Source: Candidatus Poribacteria bacterium
Lineage (GTDB): Bacteria > Poribacteria > WGA-4E > WGA-3G
NCBI GenBank assembly: GCA_021295715.1
Contig: JAGWBV010000002.1
Coordinates: 7,261-71,260, forward strand
DNA length: 64,000 nt
Direction of reading: 5' to 3'
In this document: positions 45,701-55,424 of the stretch, piece after piece
Position numbering within the stretch: position 1 is the first letter of the stretch
Layout of the letters: the number at the start of each line of letters is the position of its first letter
The notes under the pieces: model-generated
Told to the model about the DNA's origin: nothing
Database searches by the model: none
Seen by the model: only the letters and a program-made list of their open reading frames with translations
Made by a program: the position numbers and the translations under genes

Positions 45701-45873
45701 TGCCGCTTGCGCTTGCGCACGGCTCCGGGGCAGAACTCCAGAAACCGCTCGCAATCGTCATCAGTGGCGGGATGATAACCGCGACGATCTTGACGCTTAT
45801 TGTCTTACCAGTGTTATATTACATTGTCGAATTAAACTGGTTAGCGAGTTTTGAACGTAAAACCGGTTCCTAA
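42703..45873 (+). CDS. CusA/CzcA-family heavy-metal RND efflux pump
   Basis: 1056 aa with 12-TM ACR topology. The VVDDAIV motif in TM4 is typical of HME-RND pumps. Confidence 0.92.
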   Translation: MWSKITEISLKNRLLTLTCMVAVVIIGFRMFQSAPIDVYPDINPPRITILTEAHGWSPEEMETLVTLPIESSMNGAPYVTRVRSSSAIGLSLVFVEFEWGMDVFLARQMVSERLQLIAPNLQEGVDAPIILPTSSLLGEIIEYALVAETGEFDEMEMRDLADWVIRYQLQSQGGIANVINIGGYVKQFQVFVDPERLISYNLSLEDVASSLEKSNENSAGGFLIKDARELMIRGLGRISSVSDIENVVVNVQKHGRPILVKDVASVKIGSLPEIRRGAGSHNGKETVLGKVVKQPGINTIELSDKVVSTLESLEKSMPKGVNIKVEYAQADLIRRAVDTVKEALRDGAILVVIVLAIFLFNIRTALITLTAIPLSLIIAVIALLSQGDTLNIMTLAGLAIAVGMVVDDAIVYVENIFRRLQEYFRLRWTGEEPEETPSEVVARASEEIRSSIVFATLIIILVFVPLFSLSGMEGRMFRPLGWAVVISMAASLLVALTVVPVLSDLLLTRFRRGRPSEGPESVPPPAKESPVVVWIKHVYRHILVWVMQLRWAIVVVALLLVVLTVAAIPRLGREFLPVMDEATFIISVFSPPGTSLGESTRIGREMETRLLTIPEVTSVSSRTGRAAADEHAHDVNTHEILVNFIPPDEREKTRAELLSEVRELLSPENFPGVLVSVGQPIQHRLDHLLSGVNAQVALKLFGTDLDMLRAKAEEIRAVMSRIDGVADLQVEQQVQVEQLQIKVKRLEAARYGLRVEDVTHFTETALKGESVSQVIQGQRQYTLLIRVDPTLVNTAEAVESLKIRTPSGAFVPLKQVADVGFGYGPNTINRENVSRRIVIQCNVQNRDLGNFIAEVQREIDERVELPEAYFLSYGGQFESQQAAQRKIMIQTGFVLIGICVLLFLAMGSFRLSLLVMLNLPLALIGGVISIFLTGGVLSIPSMVGFILLFGIAVRNGIILVTHINTLRSEGMSLYDAVMKGAEERISPVLMTALTTGLGMLPLALAHGSGAELQKPLAIVISGGMITATILTLIVLPVLYYIVELNWLASFERKTGS

Positions 45874-46074
45874 CTGCCGATGGGTTTTTAAACTGCTCTA
45901 TGTAAACTTTCTTGTGGTGTTCTTCGTTTAAACCCTCAAATGAAAGGATTCATTATACCGACCCCACACGACAGAAAGCATTGGACCTAATCTCTGTGAC
46001 TTTTTTGCAACTTTTTTCGTCGAACGGTGTCTAATAAGTATAAGGAAGAAAACTTACGAATAAGGAGAAACAGA

Positions 46075-46803
46075 ATGAAACGCTCACATTTCTATTGTCT
46101 GACCTTTGTGGTGGTCCTTCTGTTTGTTGGAATCAGTGTGGTAAGCATGGCTGAAGTGGCTGTTTTAAAGCTGGAGATTTCCGATGTCGTCAGTAATGCT
46201 GATGCCCGGCAAATTCGGCGGCTCCTGGAACCTTGGGCGGCTCCAGAGGACATCACATTCCACACACCTGTGGACAAGAACGGTAGAAAACGACTGTTCA
46301 CGACACGTGTGGAAGTCAAACCGAGACAAGGTCCTTCTAAATTCAGCGAAACACACACGTTTGATGTCTATGACATTATGCGTCAGCTTAACGATTCTCG
46401 TTTCAGGGGTCGCCATGGCATTGGACATTCTCGCGTTATTAATACCGAGGCAACCATTCGCGGCGACCTGTTTGCACATCCCGGCTTCGCCCGGAGTTAT
46501 CTCCGAAACGTTCCGGCATGGCGACGTTGGCGACCTGACACGTCCCATATCCATCACGCAATGACGGCGGGGCATGAAGAACAGAAGTTCGTCTTCAGTG
46601 CGAATCCCGAGTTTGATCAGCTGCGGATAGATGCGGCGAACAACAATAAGCCCGTTGAGGTAAAGGGTATCATCACAGGATTTGATGGTCCCTATCCAAT
46701 CGTATCCGTTCGCGAGTACGAGGTAGGCTATCATCTCAAGACGAAGGCATCTGAAGCGGGAACAGCGAGACAACCGACCTACGACTACCTTGAAAGAAAG
46801 TAG
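46075..46803 (+). CDS. hypothetical membrane-anchored/secreted protein downstream of the RND pump
   Basis: The ATG at 46075 is preceded by AAGGAGA. N-terminal TM segment. His-rich patch SHIHHAMTAGHEE. Confidence 0.55.
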   Translation: MKRSHFYCLTFVVVLLFVGISVVSMAEVAVLKLEISDVVSNADARQIRRLLEPWAAPEDITFHTPVDKNGRKRLFTTRVEVKPRQGPSKFSETHTFDVYDIMRQLNDSRFRGRHGIGHSRVINTEATIRGDLFAHPGFARSYLRNVPAWRRWRPDTSHIHHAMTAGHEEQKFVFSANPEFDQLRIDAANNNKPVEVKGIITGFDGPYPIVSVREYEVGYHLKTKASEAGTARQPTYDYLERK

Positions 46804-46830
46804 AAGCTATCGCCAATCCTGACTTGCTTT

Positions 46831-48009
46831 TTATGACTGGTAACCGCCTGTATTAAAAAGCACAACGCGCGCCGTGTCTTTGATCATTCCATTTGCGACG
46901 AGTTGTTTGAGTGCCGCGACAGTTGCGGCTCCTTCAGGACATGTCAAAAGTCCTTCAGTTGTCGGGAGCAGCTGCATTGCTTTACGGATAGCATCATCTG
47001 TGACGGCAATCGCGGCACCGTTGCTTTTACGAATCGCCTCTAAAATGAGGAAATCGCCGATTGCTTGTGGAACCCGCAAGCCACTTGCAACGGTATGTGC
47101 ATCACGCCACGGTGTTGCTTCCGTAGCCCCTTCTTCCCATGCTTTGACAATCGGTGCACATCCTGCCGACTGTACTGAGATGAGCCGCGGTCTTTTCTTA
47201 CCGATCCAACCGATCGCTTCTAATTCTGCAAAGGCTTTCCACATCCCCACAATACCCGTGCCACCGCCGGTAGGATAGATGATAACCTCCGGGAGTTCCC
47301 ATCCACACTGCTCTGCCAGCTCAAACCCCATCGTTTTTTTGCCTTCCACGCGATACGGTTCCTTGAGTGTTGACACGTCAAACCATCCTTCCTGTTCCTT
47401 CCGTTCTGCGACAATTTTGCCTGCATCCGTAATTAGACCGTCAATGAGTGTGACGTTTGCACCCGCGAGTTGACACGTCTCCTTGTTGAAAGGAGGGGTA
47501 TCTTGTGGCATAAAGATATGTGCCGATATACCTGCGGCAGCGGCGTAAACTGAGAGGGCAGTCGCAGCATTACCAGCGGAAGGAATCGCCAATTGCGTTA
47601 ATCCGAGTGCCTTTGCTTTCGAGACTGCCATTGCCAAACCGCGCGCCTTGAAACTTCCAGTGGGTAATCGGGATTCGTCCTTCACCCAGACCTCTGTAAG
47701 TCCAAACACTTCACCTAATTTCTTTGTATGGACGAGGGGGGTCATCGTTTCCCCAAGCGTCACGATGTCTGCAGAATTGGATATGGGTAGGAGTTCCAAA
47801 TAACGCCAGAGCGAAGCAGGTCTCGACTGGAGCGTGTCGCGTGTCCATGTTTCCGCGACCTGTTCGAGTGCATAGCGGGCAAGTAACGGTTTTCCACAGG
47901 TGGTACAGACGTTTTGTGGTATCAGGTGGTCATAAGTTTCACGACACTTACTACATTCAAGGAACTCTAATTTTCCAGCCGGTTCGGTGAGGTGGGATCG
48001 AGTTTTCAT
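46831..48009 (-). CDS. threonine-synthase-like PLP-dependent enzyme with N-terminal zinc ribbon
   Basis: CSKC...CTTCG ribbon, PLP-lysine motif TGSFKARG, and the GGGTG loop (YPTGGGTGIVG). Confidence 0.7.
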   Translation of the reverse strand: MKTRSHLTEPAGKLEFLECSKCRETYDHLIPQNVCTTCGKPLLARYALEQVAETWTRDTLQSRPASLWRYLELLPISNSADIVTLGETMTPLVHTKKLGEVFGLTEVWVKDESRLPTGSFKARGLAMAVSKAKALGLTQLAIPSAGNAATALSVYAAAAGISAHIFMPQDTPPFNKETCQLAGANVTLIDGLITDAGKIVAERKEQEGWFDVSTLKEPYRVEGKKTMGFELAEQCGWELPEVIIYPTGGGTGIVGMWKAFAELEAIGWIGKKRPRLISVQSAGCAPIVKAWEEGATEATPWRDAHTVASGLRVPQAIGDFLILEAIRKSNGAAIAVTDDAIRKAMQLLPTTEGLLTCPEGAATVAALKQLVANGMIKDTARVVLFNTGGYQS

Positions 48010-48065
48010 GTCTTTTTCCGTAGGCTCGCGCGAGGCTTGAACTTACGCGCGCTGAAGGCTGTGGC

Positions 48066-49004
48066 TTAGGAGTGCGCGAGGAGTTTGAGAAGGATTGCTT
48101 TCATACTATGGAGTCGGTTTTCGGATTGTTCAAAGATAATTGAACGTTCATCGTTGACGAGCTCACCCGAAATTTCATACCCGTGATGTGCAGGAAGGCA
48201 GTGCATGACCCGGCACTCGGATGCCTTCAGGAGTTCAGCGTTCAATTGATACGGCATCATCTTTTCTAATCGACGTTTCCGTTCTTTTGCAAAGGATGGA
48301 TCCGTGAAGAATTCCATGTCCACCCACGTATCTGTGTAGACAACATCGCTTTCCGTAATTACTTTTTCCAGTGAACGCTCCACCGCTTCGGTGTTGGTAT
48401 TGATCGTTTTATAGAGACCTTTGCGAGAGGCTTCTTCCCACAGTGCTTTGTCAACGGCAGCAGGGTTCACCTCTGGTGCGACGACCGTGACTTCGATGCC
48501 TACCTTCATACCGGCAGCAATCAGCGAATTGCAGACATTGTTATGCACACCGATAAAGCACAATTTGACCCCTTCCAGTCTACCGAGATGCTCCTGTATC
48601 GTCATCAGATCGCCAAGAGCCTGTGTCGGATGGTATTTATCACAACAGCCGTTAATTACCGGGACGGTTGCAGCGGCTGCAGCCTCAACGAGTTCCGAGT
48701 GTTTCAAGAAACGGGCTAAGATAATATCAACGTATGCAGAGAGGACACGCATTTCGTCGCCAAGGTCGGCTAACGCGAAGTTAGTCGTGCGCCAATCGAG
48801 GTAATGGGCATGCCCACCGAGTTGTGTTATACCAATTTCACCGGCGCAGCGCGTTCGCGTGGAGGTCTTTTGGAAAAGTAGACAGAGGCTCTTCCCACCT
48901 ACGGCATGTCTGTATTTTTCGGGATGGTTCTTAATGCTCAGACTGTTTTCGACCGTTTCAAGAATGTCTGTTTCTGACCATGGATTCAGTGTAATTAGGT
49001 GCAT
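48066..49004 (-). CDS. aspartate/ornithine carbamoyltransferase-family enzyme, atypical second-substrate site
   Basis: STRTR, HPTQ and HCLPA motifs are present. The canonical OTCase D-x-x-x-SMG is replaced by DTWVDME. The ATG at 49004 is preceded by GGAGG. Confidence 0.75.
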   Translation of the reverse strand: MHLITLNPWSETDILETVENSLSIKNHPEKYRHAVGGKSLCLLFQKTSTRTRCAGEIGITQLGGHAHYLDWRTTNFALADLGDEMRVLSAYVDIILARFLKHSELVEAAAAATVPVINGCCDKYHPTQALGDLMTIQEHLGRLEGVKLCFIGVHNNVCNSLIAAGMKVGIEVTVVAPEVNPAAVDKALWEEASRKGLYKTINTNTEAVERSLEKVITESDVVYTDTWVDMEFFTDPSFAKERKRRLEKMMPYQLNAELLKASECRVMHCLPAHHGYEISGELVNDERSIIFEQSENRLHSMKAILLKLLAHS

Positions 49005-49165
49005 AATTACCTCCACAATGGGGCACTGAGAAACCAATGAATGATTTCCATTTTTTTAAAAATCATAAAAAGGTTGTGTATTGTCTTGAATTACGCTCAG
49101 CGACAAATAAGAAAGCATAATTATACCCAATTTTCTAACGAATGTCAAGTTTTTTTCTGCACTCA

Positions 49166-50236
49166 TTACACCCGCTCCCACGGAATTTCAACATCTAATT
49201 CGTCGGCGAGTCGCTCAATTTCTTGTAAGGGTTCCTTGTGGAGCGGAATCCCATTGGCGAGGCGTTCTTGCGTCAATTCCCATTCAATCTCGCCGGGGAG
49301 GGTGACGCGTGTAAACCCACTGCGCGGAGTGGCTTGACGTGTCATCCGGATCTGTCGGTCAATTTCAGACTTGAATTCCACAATAGAGGTGAAGTTGGCG
49401 ATGTTAATCGCAAGAAAAAAGTGGGCTGATACGCGTTTCTCGCGGGGCGCATCTCCAGGCTGATAATGCTTATTGATACCCATCAGCCCACCGCTTAACG
49501 GACCACATAAGACATCCATCACAATCGCAAGGGCAGAGCCTTTAGGACCTGCAGCAGGTAAGATCGCGGCAACCTTGCTTGGATCATCGGTTTCATTGCC
49601 GTCAGCGTCCAACCCCCATCCCAATGGGATTTTTTCTTGGTATAGCCTTGCCGTTCCAATCCGTCCGGCGGCGGCTGCACCACACGCCATATCTAACACA
49701 ATCGGTGGCTCTTCACCAGCAGGAATGGCAAAAGAAAGCGCATTGTTCCCGATTGAAGTGGTTCTCGCGCCGAAAACAGCAACATTCACGCCGAGTCCAT
49801 TTGTGGTTGCAAAACCGATCATATCGTGTTCTGTGGCTCGTATCGCATGGCTGGAGGCAGCCCCAAAATGATTGCTATTCCGAACAATAGCCACGCCAAT
49901 CGAAGCGGATTTCGCCTTTTCAACGGCGAGATTCATTGCTCGGACACCGACAAGATGTCCCAAGCCTCGGTCGCCGTCTAATAAGACAGAAGCGGCGTTG
50001 TCTTCAAGTAGTTGAAGTTCGGGTGTAGGATTTATGTCACCGTTGATGATACCGCGAACATAACGTGGCACAGCACGCGTCGCGTGCGAATGAACGCCGC
50101 GCAGATCCATTAGGACTTGCATTTCTGCGACGGTATCCGCATCTGATTGGACAACGCCTACTTTTTGGTAAAGTTGGCTACAGACGGTTTGCAATGCCTC
50201 TGCATTCACAATGGATTCTTGTTCATGTCGATTCAT
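49166..50236 (-). CDS. Ldh2-family (malate/L-lactate/ureidoglycolate/sulfolactate-type) dehydrogenase
   Basis: Pattern ...DLRGVHSHATRAVPRYV..., NHFGAAS and ...PAAGPKGSALA... typical of the Ldh_2 family. Start chosen at MNRHEQ. Confidence 0.75.
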   Translation of the reverse strand: MNRHEQESIVNAEALQTVCSQLYQKVGVVQSDADTVAEMQVLMDLRGVHSHATRAVPRYVRGIINGDINPTPELQLLEDNAASVLLDGDRGLGHLVGVRAMNLAVEKAKSASIGVAIVRNSNHFGAASSHAIRATEHDMIGFATTNGLGVNVAVFGARTTSIGNNALSFAIPAGEEPPIVLDMACGAAAAGRIGTARLYQEKIPLGWGLDADGNETDDPSKVAAILPAAGPKGSALAIVMDVLCGPLSGGLMGINKHYQPGDAPREKRVSAHFFLAINIANFTSIVEFKSEIDRQIRMTRQATPRSGFTRVTLPGEIEWELTQERLANGIPLHKEPLQEIERLADELDVEIPWERV

Positions 50237-50512
50237 GGTTGGAGGTACTCCTATAGCGTTTTCTATGGGTTGGCAAGACACGTGGACAGTTGCTTAGAAT
50301 CTGTTGTGTTTCTAACGCCGCAATTTTAGCAGAATTGCCGATAAAGCGCAAATTCTCTTCAGAAAACTGAACAATCCAGTATTAGTAGGTTTTTATTTGC
50401 CGTTATGTCTCATACTGAGATATAATTACTGTATATCGCGTAAACGCATACCCAAACGTAAACGTTGTCATAAAAAAGCAAACCCCATTTCCACAGTTCA
50501 GGAAACATACTC

Positions 50513-52954
50513 ATGATTTCGCTCAATTATGTCTCATCTTGTTTTTGCTTGATCTTCGTGCTACTGCTCATTGCACTTGCTGCCAACCCGGGTGAAAAGG
50601 ACACTTCCGACTTTTCGCAGAATGGTGCTTTATTTTTGGAAGAATACTGTTTGAGTTGTCACGCCGGTGACCAGCCTGCCGCTGAACTTTCCTTGGATTC
50701 ATTCACGGATAATCGCTCGTTAATTGAGAATCGAGACATCTCGGAACGTATACTGGATATGGTTACGACAGGACAAATGCCACCGTCAGAGAGCGAGCAA
50801 CCGCCATTAGAGGTATCCGAATCATTTGTTGAACACATTGATGCAGTTTTTGAAAACGCTGACCGCGCAGCTAAACCCGACCCGGGACGTGTTACCGTCC
50901 GAAGACTCAATCGAGTCGAGTATAAAAATACTGTCCGCGACCTATTGGGTGCTGATTTTAATCCGACCGAAAATTTTCCCGCAGATGATGTCGGACACGG
51001 GTTTGATAACATCGGTGACGTGCTCACGATGTCACCACTTCTAATGGAACGCTACCTTGAAGCCGCGGAGGCAATTGCCACACGCGTTATCTTGTTGGAT
51101 CCACCACCGCCATCCAAACGTTACCAGAGCGGTAATAGTCTGGAACCCCGCCACGATGATGTCTCTAATGAACGTTACCGACTGCTCGATCCAACTGCCA
51201 CAGAAGCGTGGAAATCTGGTCCTTTTACAACGGGCGCGAGCAATTTCAGGATAGCCCCCGACGTAAAAATCGTCTACCGCGCAACACTTTACGCTGAAAC
51301 CGACAGCGAAACCCCTGTGGAAGTTGTCTTATTCATTCAGGGGAACGAGTTGGTGGAGGTAACCCCACCGGAGAAACTTGCTCGTTTAGTTGGCATAGAT
51401 CCTACGGCAAACAATAATATCAAGGTCTTGAAGGCTTTTGAGATTACCGCCCGCGATGATGAGAAGAGACAGACAATTGAATTCCTTATTACTGGTATTC
51501 CTAACATTGAAAAAGTGGGTATTGCGATGCTTAAACCAATAGAGGGTGAACCGCACGCTAAACTCCAGATTCGCACGCTCTGGTCAGAGGGACCATTAGA
51601 AACCAGACCCGATTCGCATTTTGAAATTCTGGCATGCACACTCGGGATCCCGCAGGCAGAACAGACCCGTGAAGTGCTAACGCGTTTGCTTCGGCGCGGC
51701 TACCGTCGTCCACCAACCAAAAACGAAGTGGAACAACTCGCACAGTTTGTAGCATCCGTCCAAGCCGACGGGGTCTCGTGGGAAGCGGGCATCCAAGAAG
51801 CGATTAAAGTCATTCTTTGCTCACCGAAATTCCTATTTCGGTTGGAGTTAGACGATCGTCCGCAGCATTCAGAACCGTATCCGATTGATGAGTTTCAACT
51901 CTCCTCTCGGCTCTCCTATTTCTTGTGGAGCAGCATGCCGGATGACGAACTCCTTGAACTCGCTGAGAAGAAGCTGCTAACGGTCAACCTTGAGTCCCAA
52001 GTTAAACGCATGTTGGCAGATCCAAAGGCATCTGAATTAGGACGTAATTTCGGAACCCAATGGCTTCAAATTCAACGATTGACAACGGCTGCACCTGATC
52101 TCGAACAATTTCCTTATTTCACAGGCAGCTTGCGCCTCGCTATGCTAAAGGAGACAGAACTTTTTGTCGAATCCGTCTTTCGCGAAGATCGGAGCGTCTT
52201 GGATCTGATCGATGCCGATTACACCTTCCTCAATTCTCCCTTGGCAAATCACTACGGCATTATGGATACACAGGGAAACTGGAGAGGACAAAAGAACCCC
52301 GTACCCGGTGGTGAAGCGATTAAAGGCAGATCGTTTCGCCGCGTCAAGATACAAGGCAACTCACGCGGTGGAGTCCTAAGTCACGCCAGCGTCTTGACGG
52401 TTACCTCTAATCCGACGCGCACCTCTCCCGTCAAAAGGGGACGCTGGGTTCTGGAACAGATACTCGGTACACCGCCGCCACCGCCGCCACCGGATGTCCC
52501 GGAATTAGAAGAAGAGGGTGAGGCGATTCACGGGAGTACCCTACGTGAACGTCTTGAGCAACACCGAGCAGATCCCGCATGTGCTAACTGCCATGCGAAA
52601 ATGGACCCCATCGGATTCGCGCTTGAAAACTACAACGCGATTGGGGCTTTTCGATGGAAAGATGGAGAATTGAGTATTGATACAACGGCGGAATTGCCAG
52701 ACGGAACGATTTTGCGCGGTGCTGCAGACCTGAAACAGGTCATAAAAGACAGAAAACAGCAATTCCTACGCTGCCTGACAGAGAAAATGTTAACCTATGC
52801 TTTAGGCAGGGGATTGGAATACTACGACCGATCAGCTGTTGACAAGATCGTGGCACAACTTGAAGCCGAGGGGTATAGAAGCTCTGTGATGATTACAGAG
52901 ATCGTCAAGAGTGATCCGTTCCGGTTACGACGCGGCGCAAAGGACAATTTATAA
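50513..52954 (+). CDS. DUF1592/DUF1588-type multidomain protein with N-terminal cytochrome-c-like CxxCH
   Basis: CLSCH haem-type motif; PPPPPPPD linker; C-terminal [19 protein letters not shown] motif characteristic of this Planctomycete-type family. Confidence 0.75.
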   Translation: MISLNYVSSCFCLIFVLLLIALAANPGEKDTSDFSQNGALFLEEYCLSCHAGDQPAAELSLDSFTDNRSLIENRDISERILDMVTTGQMPPSESEQPPLEVSESFVEHIDAVFENADRAAKPDPGRVTVRRLNRVEYKNTVRDLLGADFNPTENFPADDVGHGFDNIGDVLTMSPLLMERYLEAAEAIATRVILLDPPPPSKRYQSGNSLEPRHDDVSNERYRLLDPTATEAWKSGPFTTGASNFRIAPDVKIVYRATLYAETDSETPVEVVLFIQGNELVEVTPPEKLARLVGIDPTANNNIKVLKAFEITARDDEKRQTIEFLITGIPNIEKVGIAMLKPIEGEPHAKLQIRTLWSEGPLETRPDSHFEILACTLGIPQAEQTREVLTRLLRRGYRRPPTKNEVEQLAQFVASVQADGVSWEAGIQEAIKVILCSPKFLFRLELDDRPQHSEPYPIDEFQLSSRLSYFLWSSMPDDELLELAEKKLLTVNLESQVKRMLADPKASELGRNFGTQWLQIQRLTTAAPDLEQFPYFTGSLRLAMLKETELFVESVFREDRSVLDLIDADYTFLNSPLANHYGIMDTQGNWRGQKNPVPGGEAIKGRSFRRVKIQGNSRGGVLSHASVLTVTSNPTRTSPVKRGRWVLEQILGTPPPPPPPDVPELEEEGEAIHGSTLRERLEQHRADPACANCHAKMDPIGFALENYNAIGAFRWKDGELSIDTTAELPDGTILRGAADLKQVIKDRKQQFLRCLTEKMLTYALGRGLEYYDRSAVDKIVAQLEAEGYRSSVMITEIVKSDPFRLRRGAKDNL

Positions 52955-54117
52955 TGCGAATTTTTCTAATCTCCCTTGCAGTTCGGTCAGTTGAGTTGCT
53001 TCGATGGACGCGCCTATTCCGTATAAACGAAGAGTCTAAATCTTTCCATTTCACTTCAGGCTGCGCGTCTTTTGGTGTGTCTCTCAGTCTTGCTGCTCTC
53101 TCTTTATTAATGATTTTGCTCCAGCCAAGTTGTGCTACATCTCATTTTCATTATGAAACACCAGATAACAATCCTATGTCCCAGTTAGAGCAAAAATATT
53201 CCGTTTACTTGGATGCTACATGGACGAAAAAAGATGCCGCTATGCTTTTAAAGGCCTTTGAATCTATATTCCCAAATCTGAATCTCCAATTTTCCAGATG
53301 GAGTATAACTGACGATGGCTTAGAAAATGATATTAAGATTGAATCTAAGGATAAGTTAAAGTTCGTTACGATTAGTAGAGATGTCTTTCCAGCTGAGGAA
53401 TCTCAAGAGGTTCTGTCTCCAGGCAAGCACCTATATTATGCAGTCGTTCAATACATAACAGAGAGTGGAACGAACAGAGCCGTAATAGAGTTAATATTGC
53501 AAGAAAGATATGGTATATATGTCCCCTCTTATGCTTCATTACCCGATGAAACGAAAAATAAAACAACAAAACGCTATTCGGATTTTGAAAATAGGGATCT
53601 GATGCTTATTATATCAGTATTTGAAGCATTCCCTCAGGCATTACATAAAATACCTCGATTGAAGTATATAGTTCGCAGAATCGATAACGAAGATGATGAA
53701 AACAGAGGCGTGAGTCATGCCTTGACCAGTCGTGGTTACATAGAGTTTGCTGAATCTATTTTCACTCGCCGTAATTTTCGTAATTTTATTAATACACGTC
53801 GTATAATTGCCCACGAAAAGGCACATTTTTTATGGGCTTATGTTTTTAATAGAGAGCTTAAATTGGATTGGGCAAAACTTGGGGGGTGGTATCGAGAAGG
53901 AACAAGTGGGTCCGGTTGGTCAACAACCAAAGAACGGGCAGCGTTTGTATCAGATTACGCTTCTGAAAAAGATCCAAATGAGGATATGGCGGAAAGTATC
54001 GCAAATTATCTTGTATCACCCCATAGACTCCGTTCCTGTTGCCCTGAGAAATATGAGTTTATTCATGAAATTATGCTTATGTATGTCGAACGGTGGGGCA
54101 CGTCTAATGTTATGTAA
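52954..54117 (+). CDS. hypothetical HExxH protein (putative zinc metallopeptidase), low-GC gene
   Basis: IAHEKAHFLW plus a downstream NEDMAES. The ATG overlaps the upstream stop (TAATG), but the true start may be internal. About 38% GC in sampled 60-nt blocks. Confidence 0.5.
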   Translation: MRIFLISLAVRSVELLRWTRLFRINEESKSFHFTSGCASFGVSLSLAALSLLMILLQPSCATSHFHYETPDNNPMSQLEQKYSVYLDATWTKKDAAMLLKAFESIFPNLNLQFSRWSITDDGLENDIKIESKDKLKFVTISRDVFPAEESQEVLSPGKHLYYAVVQYITESGTNRAVIELILQERYGIYVPSYASLPDETKNKTTKRYSDFENRDLMLIISVFEAFPQALHKIPRLKYIVRRIDNEDDENRGVSHALTSRGYIEFAESIFTRRNFRNFINTRRIIAHEKAHFLWAYVFNRELKLDWAKLGGWYREGTSGSGWSTTKERAAFVSDYASEKDPNEDMAESIANYLVSPHRLRSCCPEKYEFIHEIMLMYVERWGTSNVM

Positions 54118-54132
54118 ATCTGGGAGAGGCTT

Positions 54133-55182
54133 ATGAACACATCAAAACATTTTTCACGTCGGACATTTTTACGCGGTTTGGGAGTCAGTGCCGCTTTACC
54201 TTGGTTGGAAACGGTGGGGTCCGTTGTGGCTTGGGCAGACACATCCATAGAGGGAAAAGCGATTACGCGTTATCCCGATCCAGCGGTTGAAGTCATTGAT
54301 TCGCGTTTCGCACAGTATAAGATTGGAAACGCCGTCGTAGAACGGCTGTGGACGGGATCGCGCTGGGCAGAGGGACCTGTCTGGTTCGGTGATGGCGGTT
54401 TCCTCCTTTGGAGTGACATTCCAAACAATCGTATTCTGAAATGGCAGGAAGCCACCGGTATGGTGAGCGTCTATCGCAAACCCTCTAACTACACCAATGG
54501 ACACACGCGCGATCGGCAAGGTAGACTCATCAGTTGTGAACACGGCACACGGCGTGTCACACGAACCGAATATGACGGAACGGTTACCGTTCTCATAGAC
54601 AACTTCGAGGGCAAACGCTTCAACGCACCGAACGATGCAGTCGTCCATCCTGATGGACATATCTGGTTTACCGATCCCGGATACGGGATCCTATCCCATT
54701 ATGAAGGACACAAAGCAGAATTTGAATTACCGACTTCCGTTTACCGTCTGAATCCAGACACCGGTGAAGCAGTCGTTGTAACGGATGAAATTGAGAGACC
54801 GAACGGCATCTGTTTTTCACCCGACTACAATAAACTTTACATTGCTGATACCGGTCCACCGAAAAACATCGTTACCCATGATGTCGTAGACGGTGAACGG
54901 TTGGCTAACAACCAGGTATTCGCTGATATGGCACCCGGTGCTGCTGACGGGCTTCGGTGCGATACCGATGGAAACTTGTGGGCAGGTACTGGTTGGGTCG
55001 GCGAAGGCTACGACGGTGTACATATTTTCGCACCAGACAGAACACTTATCGGGAAGATCCATCTGCCCGAAATTTGTGCAAATATCTGCTTCGGCGGTGT
55101 GAAACGAAACAGGCTCTTTATGGCAGGTAGCCAGTCTCTCTATTCAGTTTATGTCAACGCACAGGGGGTGCCTTATTTTTAA
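54133..55182 (+). CDS. SMP-30/gluconolactonase/LRE-family beta-propeller with Tat-like leader
   Basis: NAPNDAVVHPDGHIWFTDP, RPNGICFSPD and DGLRCDTDGNLW. The leader MNTSKHFSRRTFLRGLGVSAALPWLE is nearly identical to that of the DUF1552 gene at 56771. Confidence 0.82.
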   Translation: MNTSKHFSRRTFLRGLGVSAALPWLETVGSVVAWADTSIEGKAITRYPDPAVEVIDSRFAQYKIGNAVVERLWTGSRWAEGPVWFGDGGFLLWSDIPNNRILKWQEATGMVSVYRKPSNYTNGHTRDRQGRLISCEHGTRRVTRTEYDGTVTVLIDNFEGKRFNAPNDAVVHPDGHIWFTDPGYGILSHYEGHKAEFELPTSVYRLNPDTGEAVVVTDEIERPNGICFSPDYNKLYIADTGPPKNIVTHDVVDGERLANNQVFADMAPGAADGLRCDTDGNLWAGTGWVGEGYDGVHIFAPDRTLIGKIHLPEICANICFGGVKRNRLFMAGSQSLYSVYVNAQGVPYF

Positions 55183-55294
55183 ATGTGCGCCATAAACGCG
55201 CAGCGTCAGGCATCCTTCGGTGTCAAAACCCAATCCTTTAGGTTTGGGATGTAGACACCGCCCTCTTGGAAAGGACCCAAACGTTCATTTTTTC

Positions 55295-55324
55295 CTTGAC
55301 GTTTGGTCCGAAATTGTGGTATAA
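55295..55324 (+). promoter_or_regulatory. strong promoter TTGACG-18-TGgTATAAT inside the IS left end
   Basis: Read directly from the sequence, 100 nt upstream of the tnpB ATG. Confidence 0.55.
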
Positions 55325-55338
55325 TACTCATATCACAT

Positions 55339-55381
55339 TGGACCGACACGTATAGCGTCACCGCTGGGTGGCGTGTCGGTC
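55339..55381 (+). other. 11-bp perfect stem hairpin in the tnpB 5' UTR
   Basis: GGACCGACACG (55339-55349) pairs with CGTGTCGGTCC (55371-55381), with a 21-nt loop. Confidence 0.6.
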
Positions 55382-55424
55382 CGACCCACTATACAGGGGT
55401 TAAAGGTGTAATGTGTGACAGTCC

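Noticed and set aside
46165-46773. 202-aa minus-strand ORF opposite 46075..46803
   Set aside because: The plus-strand ORF has a good AAGGAGA RBS and an N-terminal TM segment. The minus ORF is Cys/Arg-rich and has no RBS. I kept the plus-strand gene, with only moderate confidence.
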